DNA of 64,000 nt from Lama glama (Eukaryota), in contig CM052817.1 of NCBI GenBank assembly GCA_028534125.1, positions 16,990,001 through 17,054,000 of the forward strand, written 5' to 3'. Both the position numbers and the translations under genes were made by a program. The notes under the pieces are model-generated. The model was given only the letters and a program-made list of their open reading frames with translations. It did not search any database and was not told the DNA's origin. Below, piece by piece: positions 14,331 to 25,200 of this stretch; within the stretch, counting starts at the first letter, position 1, and each line of letters starts with the position of its first letter.

Positions 14331-14879
14331 TCCCCTGCACAGCCTAACCTGGGATCCTGTTTCCTCAGCTGTGTGGCGTGTGTAACAGCAGCTCCTGTAA
14401 GCTGATATATAAATGAAATGTTTATATATTTAAGCACCAGGCACATTGGTAGAATATTTTTTAAAATAGTTATTCAACTTCTGATCCTTCCATTTTCAAG
14501 AGAGGAGCAGCATACAGTGTACATGATTTTAGTTACAAATCATGTTTTTGAAAACCGAAGTGCCATTAAAAGAAAATGTATATTAAAATTAAGTTTGATT
14601 ACATGTAAGAGATAACACAAAAAACAAGTGGCTTAAACAGACAAGGGTTTACTCTCATGTGAAAGGAGTTGAGCTTGACAGTCCAGTTTCTCCTTACTTT
14701 CTCTTAAGTTCACCTCAAGGTCCAAGATGGCTGCAGGAGCTTCAGTCTTGGTACCTGCCTTCCACAGCAGGAAGGAGCAGGGGGAAGGAATAAGGAGCTA
14801 AAACTCCCAGTTGAGTTGATTCCCTCAAGAAGGACTCCTGCTTAGTCTGGGATTAGGACAGACTGATGATGGGGTACCA

Positions 14880-15145
14880 CAGTCCCGCCTCTCCCACTAA
14901 AGCAGGCAACACCACTGTGCCGGTCGTGCACCCGAGCTCCCTGAGCATCAGGCTGAGGCTGGACTCCAGCTGAAACCACGTCTCTGCCTCACTCCTACCC
15001 CTGCCCTCTCCTGCTTCTCTTCCTTCCTTCTAGGTTTCCCTTCAAAAAAAAAAAAAAAAAAACCAAAAACCAAAAACCAAAAAAACAAACAAAAAAGCAA
15101 CTTGCATAAGAATCTCCAACCTGGGCTCTGCTTCTAGGAATCCTG
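14880..15145 (+). mobile_element. ERVL LTR16-like remnant with A-rich expansion (15044-15096)
   Basis: ggatcaggctgaggctggactccagctgaaaccac-type motif and cttgcataagaatc...gctctgcttctaggaa end. Confidence 0.6.
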
Positions 15146-15779
15146 CAGTGTGTTTGTGGTTTTTTTTTCTGCCAAAATCTGCCTCCTTATAATCTCACCC
15201 AGGTTCTACTGCGTTGAGTAATCCAGGATAAATGGAATTCTCTTCCATAGGGTAGCACCTCTATATATTTGAATACAGCTGTAAAAGAGTGATGATATGT
15301 ACATACCATTTGACTGTTGACAAAGAACTCTTGTGTTCATTTTCTCGTGTAATCCAGCACTCCCTCTGCTTGATGACAAGATACCGCTGTTTTGGGGAGG
15401 AGGCGCCAAATTCGAACATGTTTTAGTAGCATCTGCAATTATACTCTGTGAGATGAGAGTGCGGCAAGGGTCTGTCTCAGACAGTCCTGCCGTGTCTCCC
15501 AGCTTTCCTCTGCTCAAGGATTTTGTTGTACAAACTGAAAACATTATTAGACAATAAAATAAAACATTCATAAATTATTGCTCATATTTAGAACCTCTTC
15601 AGCAAAGATCCAACATATGCAATGAAACATACATATATTTACAACCAGGCCAAATCTGCTCTACTGAAGGGTCATCTCATCTCCCGGCTAAAGTCTTACG
15701 CTAGGAGGGTACTGACAGGTGCTAAGGTGCTAAGGCTGAGGCAGAAAATAGGTGAGCTTATTGTACAGGGTCCAACGAG

Positions 15780-16260
15780 TTGCCTGGGAGTCGTCCCCCG
15801 CCCCCACCTCATCCCACCCTACTCCACCTCTGGCCCGGGACCCCTGGGTGGCAGCCTCTGGCCTGCCTGGGAAAGGGTTTAGAGGCGTAGCCTCCGCCCC
15901 AGCGGCCGAAGATCCTCCTAGGAGCGCGGGGGCGCTGTGAGTCACTGCGGGTCATGGTGGCGCTCTTTCTCAGCCTCGTTGGTTCAGACTAAGGCTTTCG
16001 GGACGGCGGCGGGAAGATGGCGGCCCCCAGGGACCAGCTTGGAGCCGTGGAGGAAAAGGGAAGCTCGGGTCGCCAGGGGAGCTCAGGAGTCGAGGTGGTT
16101 TTTCCCTCCGATCCCGCCACCCCCGCCCCGCTGTGCCCTCACGGTGGGTCCGCGTTTGGGCTCAGGCTGGCTGTCAGGCGCCAAGGGGCGTGGGTTAGCC
16201 TGAAGGTGCCATGGGCTTTTAGGACTCCCGGATTTTGTATCTGCCTCTCTTCCCCACCGT
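15780..16260 (+). promoter_or_regulatory. ZCCHC4: CpG-island promoter of ZCCHC4
   Basis: Sharp rise in GC and CpG around exon 1; GC boxes near 15795 and 15892; TGAGTCA (AP-1) 15938-15944; YY1-type AAGATGGCGGC 16014-16024 overlapping the ATG. Confidence 0.85.
16017..16143 (+). CDS. ZCCHC4: ZCCHC4 exon 1 (coding part)
   Basis: aagATGG Kozak; [43 protein letters not shown]; donor CACG|gtgggt. Confidence 0.94.
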
Positions 16261-19200
16261 GTGTGATGCCTTTCTCTGGAAGTTGTGGTTTTCCACTTAA
16301 GAAACCGTCGTAGAAAGTCCCCACGGTTGTGGTTTTGGCTCGACAGCTATTACATCTTTTTGAAGGGACGAGGCAGAGGCTAGACAAAAAGGATGCATGT
16401 TACTGAGTAATTCCCATTGCCAAGTACTTGGAGATTTCATGTGTTGCTTTGCCATCTTTTCAATTAAAAAAACATTAGGAAGCAAGATAGAATGAATTCT
16501 TGCTTAGAAACCAGACCCAATTTTTCTGTAACTTGGGGAGAAAGGGTATGTACAACTATAAAGCTCAGATTTTCACTGAAAGGATAGATGAGCAGAGGTT
16601 TCAGAGTTCTCAGTTGTTGGACCCTTCCTTGTGTCAGGACACAGGCCGTTCACCATGTGGACCGCAACTAAACTGACGATAGCATTTTCTTTCTGGAGAG
16701 ACCAGTTTTCAAAACTTTTAATTTCTTAAGTAGTCAGTGCCTGAATGTCGTGACCTTAGGGGGAAAAATTACGCAGAATAGTACATTTAATTATGATAAG
16801 TTGTGCATTAAACTAAAACCAATTTTATTTAAGGGCGGTGGAAACTAGGAACTGACATGTTTTTTCCTATTTTGGAACTAGGACCCACTCTTCTGTTTGT
16901 AAAGGTGAACCAAGGGAAAGAAGAAACACGGAGGTTTTATGCCTGCTCAGCGTGTAGAGATAGAAAAGATTGTAATTTTTTTCAGTGGGAAGATGAAAAG
17001 GTATGTAAACTTTTTGACTATATATATATATTTTTTTTTAACAGGGGAAAATCAAATTTATTATGGGCACACGGAATTCTCAGGGAAATGAAGAATTCCC
17101 TATTTTAAAATTTTTGATGTGTGTGATATTTTATTGAGCATGTATGAGATAAATCTTTTAAGAGATGAAGATACCATGTTTTTTGGCTGGAGAGACTGGT
17201 GTTTATATTTGCTCTAATTTACTCTGATTACTGATGTCTTAAACTACTATCTCAAAGACTGAGTTCCCTTTAAGACTTTCTGAGATGTTATTACGGAGTT
17301 GCAAATACAGATTTCTCCCAAAAGAGTATAGGTGATGGTCACTCAAGGAAGTGTTTTAGAAAAACACTTTCTTGGAAACATTTGCATTGGACATCCTTTT
17401 ATTTATTTATTTTTTAAATTGAAGTATAGTTGGTTTACAATTTAGGTTAATTTCTGGTATATAGCAGAGTGATTCAGTTTCACGTGTATATATATATAGT
17501 CCTTTTCATTATAGTCTATTACAAGATATTGAATATAGTTCCCTGTGCTATATACTAGGACCTTGTTGTTTAACAGTTTTATATATAATAGTCAGTATGC
17601 ATTGAACATCCTTTATACAGCTGGCGGATGACCGATGAAGGCACTTAGAGATAGTTATGAGCTTGGTATCCTCTTGGACTCAGCTCCAATTAAAGTTTCT
17701 GAAAGTTTTAACTAGAACATTTTCAGGTTTGTTAGGTTTATTGGAAGACAGTCTTGTATGTGCCTCTTCTGCAGACTTGTTAAGACCACCAAGTGTGATT
17801 AATCTCTCAGTGCTTTAATAGTTGGTTACTGTTTCAAACCACTCTAGGATTTTCCCAGATTAATGTGTTTTGTTTTGTTTTGTTTTCCCCTGAAATGAAT
17901 GTTTGTTTACAACTTTGAGCTGCTTGAATTTCTGGCTTCTCAATGTCAGAATGTGATACTAGTTTTTCTAGGGTGGTAGCAAATTTGATGGTTTATTAAG
18001 TGGCTTTACTTTTGCACTCTTTCAGTTGTCAGGAGCTAGACTTGCTGCCCGAGAAGCTCATAATCAAAGATGTCAGCCTCCTTTATCCCGATCGCAGTGT
18101 GTGGAAAGGTACTGATGCAGTGTCATTTTTCATTTATTATCTTTTTTTTCCCTGTGCCCTTAAGTTTAATTAATTTATTTTTATTGTGATAAAGTATATC
18201 TATAACATAAAATTTGGCAATTCAGTGGCCGTAATTACATTAACAGTGTTGTGCAACCATCACCGCTATCAGTTTCCAAAATTTTTTCATCACCCTAAAC
18301 GGAAACTCTGTCACCCTGAAGCAGTAACTCCCTATTCCACCTTCTCCCAATCCCTGGTAACCTCTAATCTACTTTTTGTCTGTATGAGTTTGACTATTCT
18401 AGGAACCTCAGATAAGTGAAATTATCAATATTTGTCCTTTTGTGACTGGCTTACTTCACTTAGCATAATGTTTTCAAGGCCTATCCATGTTGTAGCATGT
18501 GTCAGAAATTTATCCCTTTAATGGCTGAGTAATATTACATTGTATACATGTACCATATTTTGTACATCTGTCAACGGACACTCAGGTGTTTCTACTTTTT
18601 GGGTATAGTGAATAATACTCAAAACATCAGTGTATAAATATCTGTTATTTTATTCCTTTTGCATACATGCCTAGGAGTAGAATTACAGGATCATATGATA
18701 ATACTATGTTTTGTTTTTTGTGGAACTGCTAACCTGTTTCCTACAGTGGCTGCACCATTTTACATTCCCCCCAGCAATGCATGAGGGTTCCAATTTCTCC
18801 ATGTCCTTGCCAACATGTGCTATTTTCTGTATTTTTTATTATAGCCATCCTAGCAGTTGTGAAGTGGTATGTCATTGTGGTTTTGATTTTTATTTCCCTC
18901 ATTACTAATGATGCTGGCCATTTTTTCATACACTTTTTGGCCATTTGTATGTCTTCTTGGGGGAGTGTCTGTTCAAGTCCTTTGTCCGTTTTAATAAGAT
19001 TGTTCATCTTTTTGTTGTTGAGTTGCAGGAGTTCTTTATACGTTCTAGATGTTACACCCTATTACATGGTTTGAAAATGTTTTCTCCCATTCTGTAGGCT
19101 GTCTTTTCACGTTCTCAGTGATGTCCTTTGATAACATAAGAGTTTTTAACTTTGATGAAGTCCAACATCAATTTTTTTTTGTTATTAGTGCTTGTGCTTT

Positions 19201-22200
19201 TGGTATCATAGCCAAGAATTCATTGCCAAATCCAATCTCATGAAGATTTACTGTAATTTTCCTTTTAGAAATATTAAAAGAACCACAAAAAACTTTTAAA
19301 AGCTGTATACATCTATTTTTAAAAATCTGCATTTAAAAAATATTTTATTGGGTGAACTGGAATTGAGTCAGAGATTAATTTTTTGGCAAACCTGTGAAAA
19401 GAACTTATCCCCCTCCTGTGTTGTAGGCGTCATGTTCTGTTCACTGGGAGAAAGTCACAAAGGGGCCTGTGGACTAGGTTGCTGATGACATAGGTTTTCA
19501 CTCTCATGACAGCTCCTTCTGGTTACCTGGGCTCCTGTGTTTAAGAGGTTTCTGAGATCTTAGCCAGGGTAAGTGGAAAGAAGTACTGGGATCTGTTAAA
19601 AATGTCTTTCTGAGCTTACGATTTTAAGGCCCTTTGATGGAGGAGGCTTTTAAGATAACTTGATTGCTCCTTAACTACTGAACTTAATCAGTGATGTCTG
19701 CTTAATTTATGGGAATTAAATCAACAATGAAAAATGTTGAAAAGGGAATTAATGTAGATTGAGCACCACTGAGCTAGGCACTATGCTAGCTGTTTTCCGC
19801 GAGATATTATTTAATCCTGCCAAGGTCGTTTACTTAGAGGAGAAAACTGAGACTTGGACAAGTAACTTCATCAACTTCATACTACTAGAATGACTGAGCA
19901 GTGATTCAGACTTACGCCTCTTTGATTCTGAAGTGGTGTTTTTAGGCATAAAAGCAGATAGTAATTAATATATGATGTATAGTAATTTAATTTAAGGAAA
20001 TATAAGGCTTTAAGGCATAAAGAATTTTGTAGAGATGTATTATTATGAGACTATATAGCTTAATGAGATAAAATAGAATATTGAAGAAGCAGAAAGTAGG
20101 AAATAGAAAAATATCACCCATGGTTTCTCTCTTTGAACCCAGGACCTTGGTCATTTTGTAGTACCTCCTCTTGACCTTTTTTTAATATGCAGAGGTTTGT
20201 TTTACAAGGTTGTGGTCATCATGTATACATGGTTTTGTCCTTTGCCTTATCACTTCTGTCTGATAAGCATGTAGTTCATTTTATTACATAAGGATATTGG
20301 TGATTCAGTTGAACTCCATAAGAAAATTTAGATGTTCTTCTTTCCTTACATAATAAGATGTTAGTCTGGAGCTAAACCACAGTTCAAATTTTTGTCCTGC
20401 CAGAGTATGGTTCTTGATACTAAAAAATTTCTGAAATTCATATTTCATGTTAATTAGAATATAAAAGCACTGGCTAAAATATGAAGCATTAAATTTTTTT
20501 TAAGTTAAAGTTATTTCTTGGAGGCTGTAATTTTATCTGTTATTTAGTGCTGGTTTTTGAGCGCATGTTCTGATAAAGTAATTTTCATCATCTTAAATCA
20601 TCTATGACCTATAACTTCAGGTTTTGTTGCCCAAGCCTCCGTTCCTCCCTTCCTGCATCCATCCATCTATTCATCCAATTGTTTATTCATTCTTTTTTAA
20701 GGGCTCAAAAAGAACTTAAATGGCTAGTAATGGAGTTGAGCTTTATTTAAAGATGATATAGTAAAGATTTCTAGTCAAGATGGTGGAGTGGTAGGACCAC
20801 GAGCTTGCCTCTCCTCGCAGCTGCAACAAAACCACAACTGAATGCTAAACAATCATCGAAAAAAGACTGGAACCTAGCAACAAAGATCCGCAGCTGGAAA
20901 CATAAAGAGGGAACCACAGCAGGTTGGTAGGAGGGGTGTGCTTGCGATATAATTGGGCCCCATACCCCTCAGGTCGGTGACCCATAAACTGAAGATCTAT
21001 TAAGTCACAGAGGCTCTCCCACAGGAGTGAGAACGCTAAGCCCCACGTCAGGCTCCCCAGCCCAGGTTCCGGCATTGGGAAGAGAAGGAGACCCCAGTAC
21101 ATCTGGTTTTGAAGGCCAGGGGGCTTGGCTCTGGGAGCCTCACAGAACTGGGGGAAATGGAGACTCCATTCTCTTGGGAAGCACTCACAGAAAGTCACGT
21201 GCAACAGGTCCAAGGGCAGAGGCAGTGATTTCATAGGAACCTGGGCCAGATCTGCCTGCTGGATTTGGAGGGTCTCCTAGGGATGTGGGGAACGGCTACA
21301 GCTCATTCAGGGGACATAAAAGCTGGTGGCAGACATTCTGGGAGTGTTCATCTACATGAGCTTTCCTGGAGGCTGACATCTTGACTGGATCATTAGCATC
21401 AAGACCTAGCCCTATCCAACAGCCTGTATGGAAGCCTCTGGCCAAACAACGTACAGGGTGGGCTGAAAAATTGTCCTGAACACTGGAACTTGACACAACA
21501 TTGTAAAATGATTATAAATCAATAAAAAAATGTTAAAAAAAAATACAGGGTGGGAACACAGCTCCACCCATCATCATCAGACTTCCTAAGCCACAAAGGC
21601 TTCTAGACACAGCCATACCCATCAGAGGTCCAGGACCGAGCTTCACCCAGCAGTGGGCAGGCACTGGCTCCTCCTGCCAGGAAACCTGCATAAGCTTCTA
21701 GTCCAGTCTCACCCACCAGGGGCAGATACTAGAACTAAGAAAACAATAATCCCAAAGCCTGTGGAAGGAATCCACAAACACATAGAAAGGTAGATGATAC
21801 GAGGTGGCAAAGGAATATCTCCCAGGGTAAGGCATGAGATAAAATCCCAGAATAAGAAGTAAGTGATGAGGAGACAGGAAATTTATCTGAGAAAGAGTTT
21901 AAAGTAATGATGGCCAAGATATTCAGAGAACACAAGAGAAGTATAGATGCACAGAGTGAAGTTTAGCAAAGAGTTGGAAAATATAAAGAATATCCAAACA
22001 GAGTTGAATAAAATCACTGAAATGAGCAATACACTAGAAGGAATCAGGAATAGACTAAATGAGGCGGAAGAACGGATCAGTGAGCTAGAAGACAGATTAA
22101 TGGAAATCACTACTGCAGAACAGAAAAAAGAAAAAAAAATGAAAAGAAATGAGGATAGTTTAAGAGAACTCTGGGACAACATGAAGCGCACTAATATTCA

Positions 22201-25200
22201 CATTATAGGGTTCTCAGAAAGAAGAGAGAAAGGGCCTGAAAATTTTTGGAGAGATAATCACTGAATAGTCCCCCAACTTGGGAAAGGAAACAGTTACCCA
22301 CGTCCAGGACGCGTGGAGAGTACCTCACAGAATCAACCCAGAGAGGAACACATCAAGGCACATAGTCATCAAATTGATAATTAAGGATAAGGAAAAAATA
22401 TTAAAATTAGCAAGAGAAAAGCAACAAATAACATATAAGGGAACTCCCATAAAGTTATCAGCTAATTTTGCAACAGAAACTCTACAGGCCAGAAGAGAGA
22501 GGCATGATATATTTAAGTGATGAAAAGGGGAAACTTACAACCAAGAATACTGTATCTAGCAGGGCTCTCATTCAGACTTGAAGGAGAAATCAAAACCTTC
22601 ACAGATGAACAAAAGCTAAAAGATTTCAGCACCACCATACCAGCTTTACAACAAACGTTAAAGGACCTTCTCTAGTTGTCAAACCATAAGAAAAGAACAA
22701 AAAGAAGAAAGAAAAAAAAAAGAGAGACCTACAAAAGATTGCTTTGGCTATTCTGGGTCTTTTGTGGTTCCTTATAAAGTTTGGAATTGTTTGCTCTAGT
22801 TCTGTGAGGAATGTCATGAGTATTTTGATGGGGGTTGCAGTGTGTCTGTGGATTGCTTTGGGTAGTGTGGACATATTGATAGTGTTGATTCTTCCAATCC
22901 AAGAGCACAAGAAATCTTTCCATTTCTTTGTGTCGTTTCAGTTTTTGGAGTATAGGTAACCTCCTTGGTTAAGTTTATTTCTAGGTATTTTGTTGTTTTT
23001 GATGTAATGGAAATGTTTCTGCCAGTTATAAAGTTCTGGTTTTTGAAGTGGAAAAAAAAAGTGAATGAAGGGCCACAAATGGCAAAATATCCTTTTTTAT
23101 GGGTGAGTTGTATTCCATCACATATATTTATATATGCTGCATCTTCATTAACTATTCACTATTGATGTGCACTTAGGATGCTTCCATATCTTGGCAATTA
23201 TAAATAATGTTGCTGTTAGTAATGGGGTATATGTATCTTTTTGAATTAATTCTAATTTTGTGGTTGGCTCTATTCCTTTGATAATTATGTAAGTTTTAAA
23301 AGCTAAAGTTCTAAACGTTCTTAGAAACAGTGAACAGTAGATATATGTAAGTTAAAAATACGTGTGTAGTAAAAAAAATGACCTATAAAACCATGAAAGA
23401 CATGGAAGAAACTTAAAAGACATATTACTAAATGAAAGAAGCCAGTCTGAAAAGGCTACAAACTGTATGATTCCAACCAAATGACATTCTAGAAAAGGCA
23501 CAGCTACAGAAACAATAAAAAGATCGTGGTTTCCATGGGTTTGAGCAGAGGGAGGGAGGGAGGAATGAATATGTGGAGTACAAGGGATTTTTAGGGCAAT
23601 GAAATTATCCTGTATGATACTATAGTGGTGGCTACATGTCATTGTGCATTTGTCAAAACCCATAGAATGTACGATATCAAGAGTGAACTCTAATGTAAAC
23701 TATGGACTTCAGTTAATAATAATGTGTCCATGCTGGTTCATCAATTGTACCAAATATGCCACACTGATGAAGGATGTTGAGGGTAGGGGAGTATATATGT
23801 GTGGGTGGGGAGGGCTGTGTGTGAACCCTCTGTATTTTCTGCTCATTTCTGCTGTGAACCTGAAACTGCTCTAAAAGAATAAAGTTATTAAAAAAAAGAT
23901 GACACAGTAAAAAGAAGAATGTGTTAAGTGTTGACAGTATTCATAGACAGGATTGAATACTCTGGAAAGTCAAAAGCTTTACAGCTCACTTGTGTCTTAG
24001 CTGATCAATACAGTTTAAGGAGATGGAATTTGAACAGGTTTTGGAGGACGGGTTAAAGTGTAAGCTTTTTGAAATGTAGTATCATTGATTTCACTGCATC
24101 ATTTTATAATTCAAGCTGTTAAGGTTTCTTATATGCTTTGAAATCAATCATTCCTCAAAATTAAAAATTTTGGCTTTTAAAACCAAGGGATTACTAAATT
24201 ACCTATTCTGTGTTATTAATTACTTATTCCCTTAGTGTGCTCTAGCTTGAGACTAGCAGTTTATTCTTGCATGTAAACAGACCTAAGGGTGACATACTAT
24301 TACTTGAGATTATAATTATTTTCTAATTTAACTTTGCACAACTCATAAGTTATCTTATTAAATAATTATATTTGAAAGGGTTAAAATGCATTTAAACATT
24401 ATCCCTAGTCTAAAAAGCAAACTTTTTATCTGTTGCTGTGACACAGCGATAGCGTTTCATTGGCCAGTTTAGTTTTGAAATTGTTAGTGAGGAAGACTGG
24501 TAGCTATTGAGGTAAATTGACCTTTGTTGCTTGATTTTTGTTGTGGACCTGGCAGTGCTGCACAGATTTGTAGGTTCTACAGAACAGGATTTGATATTCA
24601 TTTTTCTAATCTCACTCTTTGAGCCATGCTATATATTTCACATGCGTTCAGTTGACAGATTTACATTTTGTGCCCGAGACTTGACTTTCTACATAGTTTT
24701 TAGCTGCCTGTTATGCCCTGAAATGTGTTATTCTACTATGTGGTATATTGGCACCTTTATCATGACCCATGAAGTCTTAGGGAAGATATATTTTAATGCT
24801 AAAATCAGCATTAATTTATGTGCATCCAGATAGTTTTGTTTAGTTGATGTTTCATTTGGTTATGTTTTTTTCAGGGCTTATTTAAACTCAAATATTCAAG
24901 GTCTGCTATTAGGGAAATGCCATAAACATTTGTCTACTCCCGGAAAGGCAAATGGAACAGCAAATGGAGATCAATAAAAATGACATTTCAGAATGCTAGC
25001 CTGCAATTTGTGAGTCATGCTGAGCCATGCAGCAGAATGAATTTCTTCTCCCCACACCCCGGGTTATGTGTCGTAAGTACAAATAAGGAGGGTGCGCTGA
25101 ATAATCCTTAGCTCTGGAGAGTCTCAGGTTCTTCCTACCAAACTTTAAAAAAAAAAATCTTGTGTCTGAATGTTAAATTTAAAGCCATATGGTTGAATGA

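Noticed and set aside
15206..16485. Cluster of overlapping ORFs on both strands around the promoter, suggesting a divergent gene
   Set aside because: Expected in GC-rich, stop-poor sequence; no splice structure or recognisable protein other than ZCCHC4 exon 1.
21947..22520. Coiled-coil ORFs of 105 and 80 aa
   Set aside because: Frameshifted L1 ORF1p fragments with no intact ORF2; not an active element or a host gene.
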